64,000 nucleotides of DNA from Gammaproteobacteria bacterium (GTDB taxonomy: Bacteria; Pseudomonadota; Gammaproteobacteria; Pseudomonadales; Azotimanducaceae), in contig JAPOXO010000031.1 in NCBI GenBank assembly GCA_026707045.1, forward strand, positions 15,654 through 79,653, given 5' to 3'. Both the position numbers and the translations under genes were made by a program. Shown here one piece after another: positions 1 to 10,100 of the stretch. The notes below the pieces were generated by a model, which did not search any database, was not told the origin of the DNA, and worked only from the letters and a program-made list of their open reading frames with translations. Position 1 is the stretch's first letter; the number at the start of each line of letters is the position of its first letter.

Positions 1-103
1 CGCACTGAAGCGTTACGCCTTGTTCAAAGCGTAATAGTTGTGGCTCTACGATGCCGACGGAATCGCGAGTGTCGGGCACGCTTGCTTTCATCTTTGCCGA
101 GCA

Positions 104-670
104 TTATGTGGCGAGTTGCGGCGTGAATCGAATTAGTGGAATTATGTACGAATTCGCCATGAGTAAGACAAGCATACCGAGCATTGGCGAAAAGTCGAAT
201 CCCGCCATGGGCGGTAGGAATTTTCTGATCGGAGCCAAAAACGGATCAGCTAGTTGCTTTGCGATTTCCGCTAGCGGCGAATACACGTTTGGAGCAACCC
301 AACTCATAATCACCGACGCGAGAATTGCTACAAGGTACACCCAAATAGCCATTTGTACTGCCGAAATGGCTCCGTTCCACACATATGCCCAAAGCGGAAA
401 AATGTCAACTATGCCAGCGTGCATCACGCGAATGCACACACTGATAGTCTCCAAGACCAAAGTTGCCAACAGGGATGCAAGATCCAAACGCTGAGACACT
501 GGAAGCATTTTGCGAATGGGTTGCAGCACTGGATCGGTAATTCGCATAATCGAATTGACGATCGGGCTGTAGAAGTTGGCTCCCGCGAGATGCAATAAGA
601 AGCGTAGGAGGCAGAACAGCGCGAAAACAAGAACTGCGAAATCGACAATGAAGAGTAGAGGTCCAGCCAC
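104..670 (-). CDS. yggT: YggT family inner-membrane protein
   Basis: 188-aa hydrophobic ORF with the YggT motif present twice (ITDPVLQPIRKMLP and LADPFLAPIRKFLPP). It lies directly downstream of proC, as in the conserved yggS-proC-yggT cluster. Confidence 0.8.
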   Translation of the reverse strand: MAGPLLFIVDFAVLVFALFCLLRFLLHLAGANFYSPIVNSIMRITDPVLQPIRKMLPVSQRLDLASLLATLVLETISVCIRVMHAGIVDIFPLWAYVWNGAISAVQMAIWVYLVAILASVIMSWVAPNVYSPLAEIAKQLADPFLAPIRKFLPPMAGFDFSPMLGMLVLLMANSYIIPLIRFTPQLAT

Positions 671-675
671 GGCAA

Positions 676-1482
676 TTACAAACTAGCGGTCAATTCAGCC
701 GATCGTGCAAATGCGGCTTTTACAGCATCTATGATGGACTCTCGCACACGATTTGTGTCCAGAACCGAAAGTGCACGTTCGGTAGTTCCACCGGGAGATG
801 CAACCTGATCTCGAAGAACTGAGGGATCAGTACCAGAGTCTACCGCAATGGCAGCCGCTCCAAGTGCGGTTCGAGTCACGAATCGTTTGGCAATGCTCTC
901 ATCCATACCAAGTTCCTTAGCTGCTTGAATCGTAGCATCCATAAGGTAGAAAAAGTATGCAAGTCCCGTGCCTGATACAGAGGTGACGATGTCGATTTGT
1001 TCGTCCTCGTTAAGCCACTCTGCTTCTCCGACCGACTGAAAGATTCCTTGAACTACCGATTTCTGCGCTTTATTCACGCGAGTATTGGCAAACATGCCCG
1101 TCACACCCTTGTTCAACGATACTGCAAGATTTGGCATGCAATGTACGATTGGCGTAGATTCCCCTAGCCACAACTCGAGTTGCGAAAGGGGAACACCTGC
1201 TGCAATCGAGATAACCAACCTAGTGCCAATATCTGCAGCGTGCGTGGTGACGACCGACTTGATGACTTGAGGTTTTACAGCAAGAATGACAATGTCCGAC
1301 TCTTCGATTGCCTCACGATTGTTGGTAGTCGTGCGTACATTTGGGCTTGTATAGCCAACTAATTGCGCTGATTTTGGGTCGGAGACGAAGACTGAAGCTT
1401 CAAGACGTTTGGTGCCTGAAATGCCTACAGCAAGTGCGCGTCCCATGTGTCCGCTGCCTACAACGGCGATACGACAGGTCAC
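676..1482 (-). CDS. proC: pyrroline-5-carboxylate reductase
   Basis: 268 aa with an N-terminal Rossmann motif (IAVVGSGHMGRAL) and the C-terminal P5CR signature (ASPGGTTERAL). The GTG start overlaps the yggS stop (GTGA). Confidence 0.9.
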   Translation of the reverse strand: MTCRIAVVGSGHMGRALAVGISGTKRLEASVFVSDPKSAQLVGYTSPNVRTTTNNREAIEESDIVILAVKPQVIKSVVTTHAADIGTRLVISIAAGVPLSQLELWLGESTPIVHCMPNLAVSLNKGVTGMFANTRVNKAQKSVVQGIFQSVGEAEWLNEDEQIDIVTSVSGTGLAYFFYLMDATIQAAKELGMDESIAKRFVTRTALGAAAIAVDSGTDPSVLRDQVASPGGTTERALSVLDTNRVRESIIDAVKAAFARSAELTASL

Positions 1483-2192
1483 GCTCTAGGTCCAAATAAG
1501 GCGGTACCCAATCGCACAAGTGTTGCACCTTCCTGTATTGCAACTTCGTAGTCACTGGTCATTCCCATCGACAACGTATCCCAGTATTCCGACACAGACG
1601 GTCTTAGCTCATGAAAAAGTTCGTAAAGAGTACTAAATGCGGTTCTGGAAACCTCTGGATCGGAATCCACTTTTGGTATCGACATGAGTCCTCTTAGTCG
1701 CAAACGTGGCAATTCTTGAATGTTCTCGACCAAGTCGGCCGCTTCTGCCTTGCGAATGCCAGACTTTTGAGGTTCGTCGTCCACATTGACTTGAATGCAC
1801 ACATTCAGTGGTTCGTTGTGCCGTGATTCGTTCAATCGACGGGCAACGCTGGTTCGGTCAATGGAATGGACCCAATCAAAATGCTGTGCAATCAATTTTG
1901 TTTTGTTTGACTGAACTGTTCCGACAAAGTGCCAAGTCAATCCTAGTGGCACGAGTTCACGAATCTTTGGAAGTGCATCAACAACGTAGTTTTCGCCAAA
2001 GTCTACTTGCCCGAAACTGGCAAGCGTTCGTATTTCATCAATTGTTCGTGTCTTGCTGACAGCCAGTAAACCGATGTCGTTGGGATTTCGCCGTGCTCTA
2101 ACCGCGCATCTCTTTAACGCCTCCAATACCGAAGAGTAGCGATCTTCAATCAGGGACGAACGATCGTTCGGCGAAGCGATAGATTGAGTCAA
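1479..2192 (-). CDS. yggS: YggS family pyridoxal-phosphate homeostasis protein
   Basis: PLP-lysine context LLAVSKT and a C-terminal LSMGMTSDYEVAIQEGATLVRLGTALFG block. The track ORF extends to 2258, but an in-frame TTG at 2192 overlaps the ruvX stop (TTGA) and gives a typical length of about 238 aa. Confidence 0.8.
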   Translation of the reverse strand: MTQSIASPNDRSSLIEDRYSSVLEALKRCAVRARRNPNDIGLLAVSKTRTIDEIRTLASFGQVDFGENYVVDALPKIRELVPLGLTWHFVGTVQSNKTKLIAQHFDWVHSIDRTSVARRLNESRHNEPLNVCIQVNVDDEPQKSGIRKAEAADLVENIQELPRLRLRGLMSIPKVDSDPEVSRTAFSTLYELFHELRPSVSEYWDTLSMGMTSDYEVAIQEGATLVRLGTALFGPRA

Positions 2193-2605
2193 GAGTTGCT
2201 GTTGCCTCGATGCTTTGTGGCAACACGTTCGTGTAGCCAGCTCTCCGCGATCATGCATGCAGCAATTGCGTGGTCCTGTCGACCATCATTCGTTCGTGAT
2301 CTGGATTCAACCGTTGTCAATCGTTCATCGACAAAGTGAACGGGCAATGAAAATCTTCGTTGTAAGAACTTTCCAAATTTGCGTGAAGCTTTGGACATCG
2401 CAGACTCGGAGTTGTCCATATTCAGAGGAAGTCCAACGATTAGTTCCGTTGGCCTCCATTCTTTGAGCAAGTCATCCAACTGTTGGTTGTTTGGCTTTCC
2501 GTTCTTGGCAGCGAGTATTCCTCTTGGATTGACCGTGCATGTGGTCAATTCAATTGTCGCAACACCGATGTGCGACTTCCCAAAATCGAACGACATCGCA
2601 CTCAT
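2189..2605 (-). CDS. ruvX: Holliday junction resolvase-like RuvX (YqgF)
   Basis: 138 aa with an N-terminal FDFGKSHIGVA motif (RNase H-like YqgF fold). It sits between yqgE and yggS. Confidence 0.85.
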   Translation of the reverse strand: MSAMSFDFGKSHIGVATIELTTCTVNPRGILAAKNGKPNNQQLDDLLKEWRPTELIVGLPLNMDNSESAMSKASRKFGKFLQRRFSLPVHFVDERLTTVESRSRTNDGRQDHAIAACMIAESWLHERVATKHRGNSNS

Positions 2606-2617
2606 GTTTTCTATTTC

Positions 2618-3190
2618 TTAGGCGGACCCGCTTTGCGGTGAAAACTTGCTAAAGTCAATACCTATTGCAGATGTAACTTTGGCTATGCGTGATTCAAAAG
2701 GTTCATCAAATAATGTCCTGTGATCTGCGGGACATATAACCCATGCGTTCTCGCCAAGTTCGTTGTCCAATTGCTTTGGTCCCCAACCGGCATAGCCAAG
2801 CACGAACAAAAAATGTTCTGGTCCGTTCCCTTCAGCAATTGCTCTCATGGTGTTGTAAATACCTTCTCCTGAAGAATCTGTGATCAACGCTACCCCATCG
2901 GAAACGTGAAGAGAGCTATCGGTTTCAAAATCGTCCGAGTGAAGAATGGAAGGGTGCGAAGGGTTGACTGGACCTCCCTCTAGTATGGACACTTGCTTTC
3001 CTCGCGTCGGGTCGAGCTTGGCCTCTTTCATAATTTCAGCCAATTTAAGCGGGAGTGGGCGATTAACCACGAACCCCATGGACCCATCGTCCCCGTGACG
3101 CACCATGTAGGTCAGAGTGTCTTCGAAATAGGTATTGTTCTGGCTTGGAAGTGCCAGAAGAAAGTGGTTGGCTAAGGACGATTTACACAT
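2618..3190 (-). CDS. yqgE: YqgE/AlgH family protein
   Basis: 190 aa with the characteristic block LGYAGWGPKQLDNELGENAWV. It is immediately upstream of ruvX, as in E. coli and Pseudomonas. Confidence 0.85.
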   Translation of the reverse strand: MCKSSLANHFLLALPSQNNTYFEDTLTYMVRHGDDGSMGFVVNRPLPLKLAEIMKEAKLDPTRGKQVSILEGGPVNPSHPSILHSDDFETDSSLHVSDGVALITDSSGEGIYNTMRAIAEGNGPEHFLFVLGYAGWGPKQLDNELGENAWVICPADHRTLFDEPFESRIAKVTSAIGIDFSKFSPQSGSA

Positions 3191-3454
3191 TGCTAGTCAC
3201 TCTTGCACATATTGCATAAGTCATAAACGGGATACCTCTCTCATATTCGAATTCAGCAAAGTTCTTGAAATATAAGTGCATCTCGCAAGAATCGACTTCG
3301 CAACGCCAATTATCAAGCGGTTCAAAACCTTTGTCAATGAAAGTCCGACGTTCCTCGATGGCAGCGAATCAGAGAGTGATTCGAATTCATGTGAATCGCA
3401 CGCGGAGTATCGTAAATGAATAAAGGTTCAGTCAAGGATTGTTCTCTTGGTTTG

Positions 3455-4534
3455 TTAACTCCCGTGCCAGCGCAGTTTAGAAAGAAGCGACTTGGCACGG
3501 TCGGAAGAAATAAGCTTTTCGGTCAGAGCTTGCGACACAAGTCGTTTGAATCGAGACGGTTTTTCCAGCGTTGCCCATTTGTCACTTGAATCAAGTGGTT
3601 CCGGTTCTGATTCAAGCCAGGAGCGAGCATAGGTTTGAAATGCTGTTTCAACGGCCGAAATAGCGAAAATTCCAACATGTCCAAGCCGCATCAGAATGCA
3701 TGATGCAGGGACACCGTACTTTCGCTTTAGACTCAAGATCTCATCTGATGTCGAGAGACGATTGGAAGTACCTGTTACATTGAGAAGGGCTGGTTTGGGT
3801 ACGAGGAACGCGCCCGCAAACCGTTCCCTTGCTTTGGTCGATGGAAATTCTGGGTTGCCGGTTGAAGGAATGATCTGGTGTGCGAGCTCGTGGGCAAGTG
3901 TGAAACGCTTTTGCTCAATATTGACTCTGCTTGACACTAGGACGATGTCGACGACTCGCCAACCGTTGTTTAGGACTTCTGCCTGACAAGCCAAGCCGTC
4001 AATGTGCTTTGGAACATCCTGTTCCAAGATCTTGAAGCCGTTTTCTTCAAGCAATTCACACATGCTTGGAATGGGTTTTGCCCCGAGCTTCCAAATCGAA
4101 CGAAGCGCTTCTGCTTTAGCTTCTACATCTTCCCAGTTCATTAGTTTGGCGTGGCCAAGTTTCTTTCTCCAAGAAACTTGAGGGTCGAGTTCAAGGATCT
4201 GCTCGATCGTAAGGTAGCGCTCCAGCATGTCTTGAAAGGCAGATTCTGCCTGCATGCACTGTCTTTCAGTTATTTGTGGAGGTTTTCTATATTCCAGCAG
4301 ATGCAGATCGACAACGGGCGACCGCATGAACACTTCGATTGAAACATCGAGTGCTCTTCCGAATTCCACGAGTGCTGACCGCGACGGAATCACGCGACCG
4401 TTTTCGAAATTTCTTAATTCTTCAACCGTAACTTTGGGTTCCACAGATTCGGCTAGCCGCTGCAAGGAGAATCCTTTGGTGATTCTTGTCTGTCGTATCC
4501 ATTGTCCAACACTATCCATTTGCGGCCCTGCCAA
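3455..4534 (-). CDS. fused XRE-family HTH / ImmA-IrrE (COG2856) zinc-metallopeptidase domain protein
   Basis: 359 aa. It has an N-terminal HTH (FSLQRLAESVEPKVTVEELRNFENG) and a central HExxH (FTLAHELAHQIIP) in an ImmA/IrrE-like context, plus a C-terminal extension of about 120 aa. Confidence 0.75.
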   Translation of the reverse strand: MAGPQMDSVGQWIRQTRITKGFSLQRLAESVEPKVTVEELRNFENGRVIPSRSALVEFGRALDVSIEVFMRSPVVDLHLLEYRKPPQITERQCMQAESAFQDMLERYLTIEQILELDPQVSWRKKLGHAKLMNWEDVEAKAEALRSIWKLGAKPIPSMCELLEENGFKILEQDVPKHIDGLACQAEVLNNGWRVVDIVLVSSRVNIEQKRFTLAHELAHQIIPSTGNPEFPSTKARERFAGAFLVPKPALLNVTGTSNRLSTSDEILSLKRKYGVPASCILMRLGHVGIFAISAVETAFQTYARSWLESEPEPLDSSDKWATLEKPSRFKRLVSQALTEKLISSDRAKSLLSKLRWHGS

Positions 4535-4691
4535 TACTTAACTGCGGAATAAGCGTGAAACCTCGTCAGATTTTACGTTTACATTTTTAGTGATTGGCAC
4601 GGGCTCGATGGTCCTCAAATAGACTTTGTAGCTCGTAATCTAACGGAGAATCGTAGTATTCGCAAAGGTAAAGGATTACTACCAATATTGC

Positions 4692-5120
4692 TCAACGGGT
4701 AAGCGCGTTTTCGTACCGATCAAAAATTTTTTGTAGCAATTGGATCAGGCCATTCGAGGTGAATGTGAAGCTATCTATAGGTCGACCGATGGCAGGACAA
4801 TTGGTCCGAAATTCAATTGTGTTTAAACAGACCACTCCTTCAATCAGAAAGCGCTGATTGTCGAATGGACCGTAACCGCTCTTCCATTGGTCCAATAATT
4901 GCTGACTCAATATTGCTGAAGCTAACTCATTGAATTCATTAATGTTTGACATTAGTTGAGGGAATCTTGGTTCTAGAACACGATCAAATTCTAGTGCTAT
5001 TATATCTCCAGCTTCTGCGTCTTGCCGTAGGTATTGGAGTACGTTAAACGTGTCTATCTTGTTTAGGGCTTGATTCAGCGACATGGGATCAACCATATAG
5101 GCGACAATGAAATCACACAA
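4692..5120 (-). CDS. hypothetical protein (142 aa), upstream partner of the XRE/ImmA gene
   Basis: Clean ORF on the same strand, 157 bp upstream of the XRE/ImmA gene. No motif recognised. Confidence 0.45.
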   Translation of the reverse strand: MCDFIVAYMVDPMSLNQALNKIDTFNVLQYLRQDAEAGDIIALEFDRVLEPRFPQLMSNINEFNELASAILSQQLLDQWKSGYGPFDNQRFLIEGVVCLNTIEFRTNCPAIGRPIDSFTFTSNGLIQLLQKIFDRYENALTR

Positions 5121-5372
5121 GTCGCGTCCGATGTAAGTTAAAAATCGAACAATTCGTCCATAGAGTTTCTTGAAGAGAATCTCTCTAGTGCTCTCGGTGG
5201 TGAGACTAGTCGAGGACTCTTCATCTTGGCCGACTCCTGCCTGCCCATACTCTAACTCTTCACATCAAATCCCTCACATTGACGAGTCCGTAAGAGAAGG
5301 TCAAACCAGTCTTTAACACTATATATCTAGTATTTTAAAATCAATTAACATAAAATATTTAATGTGTAAAAG

Positions 5373-5750
5373 TTGAACGCAGGTAGCATGACTAGTCCTA
5401 GTGTCAAACGTGTAGCTGCAAAGCTTGGAGAAGATTTGCGAACCGCACGTCTCAGAAGACGTTGGTCTCAAAAGGATGTTGCAACGAAAGCTGGTGTGTC
5501 AATCGGGACAATTCAACGAACTGAGTCGGGGGATCCAGGAGTTTGTATGGGAACAATAATCATGCTCTTCTATATCTTCGGTTGTCAGAAGCAACTTGAA
5601 GATGCCCTAGATCCTTCAAAAGACGAAACGGGACTAGTCGCGGATTTTCTCCGTCTGCCCCAACGTATTCGTTCCGCACGTCGAACAGATCCCAGGATTT
5701 CTCCTTCCTTGGATCCTAACGATACACAAGAGGATGTGATTGCTTTTTAA
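5373..5750 (+). CDS. hipB: HipB-like XRE-family antitoxin
   Basis: HTH WSQKDVATKAGVSIGTIQRTESG. The stop overlaps the hipA start (TAATG). An ATG at 5388 preceded by AGG may be the real start. Confidence 0.7.
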   Translation: MNAGSMTSPSVKRVAAKLGEDLRTARLRRRWSQKDVATKAGVSIGTIQRTESGDPGVCMGTIIMLFYIFGCQKQLEDALDPSKDETGLVADFLRLPQRIRSARRTDPRISPSLDPNDTQEDVIAF

Positions 5751-7009
5751 TGGATCAAAAACGAAGGACCAATGTCGTTCTCGGTGTATCGCAACAGATC
5801 GTTGGCGAGCTCATTTTTGAAGAAAGAAGAAATCGTCAAAGCTCTGCTTTCCGCTACGTGAGCGAATGGCTCGAAAACCCCCTTTCATTCGCCATTGCGC
5901 CAAATATCGAACTGACCGACGAATGGCACTACTTTAGCGGTAGCGGGAGCGAGTCTCTACCGGGACCAGTGGCCGATGCAGGTCCGGACAGCTGGGGCAG
6001 AACAATACTTCAGACCGCAGCTGGTCTTCGACTGAACGAAATGGAAGTAGTCCTTTCGGTTAATGACCAAACTAGGATGGGAGCGTTGCGGTTCATTGAC
6101 GAAAACGGGAACATCATGTCCACTTCGACTAATGCTGTGCCACGCCTGAACAATCTCGCTAACTTGAGACAATTGATTGTGGAGTTCGAAAAAGGTGAGG
6201 GTGACCTTGCATCTCTAGCACTTCAGCTTCGAGGAACGGGAGATAGCCTCGGCGGCGCTAGACCGAAGTCAGCTCTTTTTGATGGTGAATACTTGGCGAT
6301 TGCCAAGTACACATCGGAGAGAGACACAATGCCGGTGGAGCGTATGGAGGTTGCAACCCTCAACATGGCTAGAGAAGTCGGTATACGGGCATCTTTGGCA
6401 CGACTAGAAGGCTCTGATTCGTCGTACCCACTTGCGATCCTGCAAAGATTTGACCGACGCGAAAACGGGCGTGTCCACTATATATCCGCGAGAAGCTTCT
6501 TAGGATTGCACGAAGACCATGCCACGGCTTACTACACGGACCTGTCTGATGGAATGAGAAGGCATTGTGGCAATGGCGAGCAGACAATTGTTGAATTGAA
6601 CGAACTGTACCGGCGCATTCTTTTTTCTATTCTTGTATCGAACAATGACGACCATTTGAAGAATCATGGCTTTCTGTACGCGGGCAATGGAAGATGGCAA
6701 CTCTCTCCTGCTTTTGATATCAATCCTCAGCCGTTTCGCCACTCTCAACTGAAGACTGGCATTTCCGAGTCAAGTGGTTTTACCGCATCAATTGAGGCTG
6801 CCATTGAGTCCTCTGCTTACTTTCAGATTGGCAAATCCGAGGCTGCGGCACTGGCATTTGAGATGGCACGGACGATCAAGAATAGATGGAAACATTGGTG
6901 CAGGGAGGCAGGAATGCTCAGTCGAGATTACGAAAGATATTCTCCTGCGTTTGAGCATTCCGAAATGGAAATTGCCCTCAAGCTAGGACAATCCTTTCAT
7001 AGAGCGTAG
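5750..7009 (+). CDS. hipA: HipA-family serine/threonine kinase toxin
   Basis: 419 aa. It has a HipA N-terminal layout and the catalytic-loop motif SNNDDHLKNHGFLY, followed by SPAFDINP. Confidence 0.85.
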   Translation: MDQKRRTNVVLGVSQQIVGELIFEERRNRQSSAFRYVSEWLENPLSFAIAPNIELTDEWHYFSGSGSESLPGPVADAGPDSWGRTILQTAAGLRLNEMEVVLSVNDQTRMGALRFIDENGNIMSTSTNAVPRLNNLANLRQLIVEFEKGEGDLASLALQLRGTGDSLGGARPKSALFDGEYLAIAKYTSERDTMPVERMEVATLNMAREVGIRASLARLEGSDSSYPLAILQRFDRRENGRVHYISARSFLGLHEDHATAYYTDLSDGMRRHCGNGEQTIVELNELYRRILFSILVSNNDDHLKNHGFLYAGNGRWQLSPAFDINPQPFRHSQLKTGISESSGFTASIEAAIESSAYFQIGKSEAAALAFEMARTIKNRWKHWCREAGMLSRDYERYSPAFEHSEMEIALKLGQSFHRA

Positions 7010-7104
7010 TTCGTTCTAGATCGTATCTCCAGACTGCAGTCCCAAAGTTTAGTTTTCCCAATATAGTGTGCACAAGGCCCAGTCCTCATATTTCGCAAGA
7101 ACTA

Positions 7105-10100
7105 TTAAGGTGTACCGCACCCTTTGCCCTCATACAGCCCCACATCGTCGATTTGAACGTCCAATTCGCTCTGTGCAAGATTGAAAGCAATACGGGCGGT
7201 AGTGTCCGTCTGGGTCGGAACAAATCTGTGATGAAATTCGCGATATTGCTCGTTAGTACTCGCTCCGCTTCCTCGGGCTGCGCCTCCAACTTCCGGAACA
7301 AACGCCGTACCCATCAACGACATGTAGCCAGGCAGATCCTCCGTTTCTGGTCCGGTGTCTACGTTTACTGTAACGTACCTGCTAGCTTCGCTCTTCGCTT
7401 TGTAGCAAAGACTGTAATCCTTGTTCTTGTCAACTGATACAGTGTGAGTTAAGCTCACCCGCCAAGTCTGCATCGGAGCTGTCTCGTGGATGGCAAAGTT
7501 GGCTTCGCCAGTCCACGAAACATCTGCCATTCCGTTGCTCAGGTTTACGTTCCAATCGCCCTGACCGTTAAAAGTTCCTCCGCTGGAAATTAGGTTTTCA
7601 CTTTCTGCTTGAAATTCGCTTTCGAGCACGAAGAAAGGTAGGTCATTGCTGAACAAACCGTGCGTATTCTGCACTTGAAGCATATGCATCGCATTTGCTT
7701 CTGGTAATTCATCCAGCTGCACCAGCACGATGTTGTCTCTGCAATTGGGTAATTCGCCTGTCTCGCAGCGCACGGAACCGTCGACCCTTCGTCCGTTCAC
7801 CAAAATGTTTGAGCCTGGATATATGTGCGACCCACGCAGTCGCAAAGGCTCGTTTTCGACGAGTTCTGGAAATTCCGCGGGTCTTCCACCACCAAACAGA
7901 GGCACTACCGGAAGGCCTACATCCCAGATTCCGGGTTGCGGATGTTCGTAGGTGACCCCATCTCCCAAACGAGCAGTGAAGGTTGCTAGCAACAGCTCCT
8001 GTTCTGCGAGATCCAACAATTGGCTGCGCGAGTACGAATTGCTAGGTTCACCCACTACAACATAGGCTCCATCACGGTAGTCAAACTCTATGTCATTTCC
8101 TTCACTCTCGGCGTCATCGAACAGTATTCCTTCGCCCTGCAGTACGACTCCTTCTTCGCGATCAGAGGTTTCTAGGGCTTCAAGAAGGTTTGAAGAAGTT
8201 GTTTCTGCGCTGGTGGTGCTGTTCAGAGTGACTTGCCGGGCGAATGAACCGGAGAATCCAACAGATCCCTCCAAGATCATCTGAAACAAGTCAGGATCAC
8301 TCGTGAAACCGGTACGTTCAGGAAATCCTTGGGTGTCGTTTTCAACCAGATCGGCAAAGAAAAATCGATTTTGAGGAGCATTCTTCCAACGATCGTTGGC
8401 TCCTCGCCAAGACGGAATGTCCATTCCGCTGCCACCGATGTTTGTATTTACCCAGAAAGGTAGCCGATGGCAATTTCCACATTGTTGTTCGTAGTGGAAT
8501 TCGTGTATTCCCTGAAGTGCCTGTGCGGAAAGCTCATTGGTAAAAGGTCGTTCTACTGAGGGAGGGTAGGGAACGCTTAGCAGATATTTGGCTAGAGCTG
8601 CGCGTTCTTCTCCTGAGAGCTTTCCAGGCTTTCCCTCGTCGTTCGTTTCACAGTCTTCCTGATCACACATCGTCGTTGCAAGCGAACCGTCGATGAGATG
8701 CAGAGTGCAGCTTTCCTCGTTTTCGATATTGCAGTTGGGATCCAAGAGGACATTGTGACTAGCGGTATTGACTCCTCCGAAAGGATCGCCAACCGTCCCG
8801 TCCCAGTGATACGGTGCGGAACCACGCAACCCTCGAATGTCCTGAACCAGTCGAGGTTGAATTTGATCGCATCCATTGCTGCACAGTGGGGTCTCCAACA
8901 CCCACAAGAGCTGATCGGTATGCCCGTCGGGATGGCAGCTGGCGCATGCAAATGTTTCAGTACTTGAGACACTCGCATCATTGAAAAGGATTCTTCCAAG
9001 TTTCAGCATTGGATCCGAGGGATCTTCTAGCTGGATCGTCGCAACGAGACTTGGATTTGCCAAGTCTTCCAAATCCACTAACGAAACGGAATTTTGCAAG
9101 GCGTTCAAAACCCAAGCTTTGGAGGGTGAACCGTCAGAGTTTGATAAGAGCGAAAGGCCACGTGGTATTGCTCCAACTTCAACCCTTCCCAGTACAGCGC
9201 CGGAAGTTGCGTCCATCGTGAAGACCCTGTTGGAAGCAGCAGCTGTTACTACCAGTGTTGCGTCGTCTTCGCTAATCTGAATAGCAAACGGAGTGGCGAG
9301 GGCCATGCCCTCCGCTGGATCGTCCGGAGGCAGGGGTTCAAGCTCAAAAAATATTGGATCTGTGCATTCCGTTCCGCTACAGTCGATCTTCGTAATCTGA
9401 TTCAAAAATGCACGATTCTCCATCTCTGCCAAACCGTGCCCTTCAGTTCCGGCCTTGCCGTTGGCATCGTTTCGTGCCTCAGCTTGTGCGACGTACACTC
9501 GATGCCGAGAGTCCACTGCAATGCCGTAGAGCAACGTACCCACCGTATCGACAATTTGCAGAGGCTCATTGCGAAATGGTGGTGCATTTGTATCGAATAC
9601 ATAGAGATCTCGATCGGGAATCCGGTCGTCGCGCACGATATCGGCTACGTAACCCCCTGAGGTACTCTGATCTGCGCCATCCATTGCATTTACAACGTGC
9701 GCGAGTGCGTCAAAAGTGCAATTTGGATCAGAATCCAGATTTTCGGGGTAGCAGCCGGAAATCTGTGTTTGATTGTTGGATTCAAAAGGAATTACATACA
9801 GCCGGTCGTCTCGTACAGCCAAAGCTCGTGGGTCCTGTGCTGTGACATTCAGGATGTCGGAAATTCCACGTGTTGCAACGTCGATTTTGGCAATTCGGTT
9901 CGAAGAAGAAAGTGCAACGTAGGCCGTATCGTTATGGGCAAAGACAATTCCAACGGGCTCGTCAAACAACGTGTGGTAATCATCCAAGTCAAAGACTTGG
10001 ATGGTGTGCAACACCTGATGGTATGTAGGGCTCTCTTGATTGGAGTCGATGACACTGACCGAATCCGAGACGTGGTTCGCGACCCATACCTCCTTTCCGT

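Noticed and set aside
51-494. 147-aa plus-strand ORF at the window start
   Set aside because: It is entirely antisense to the well-supported yggT gene and its composition is that of a mirror frame. It is most likely spurious.
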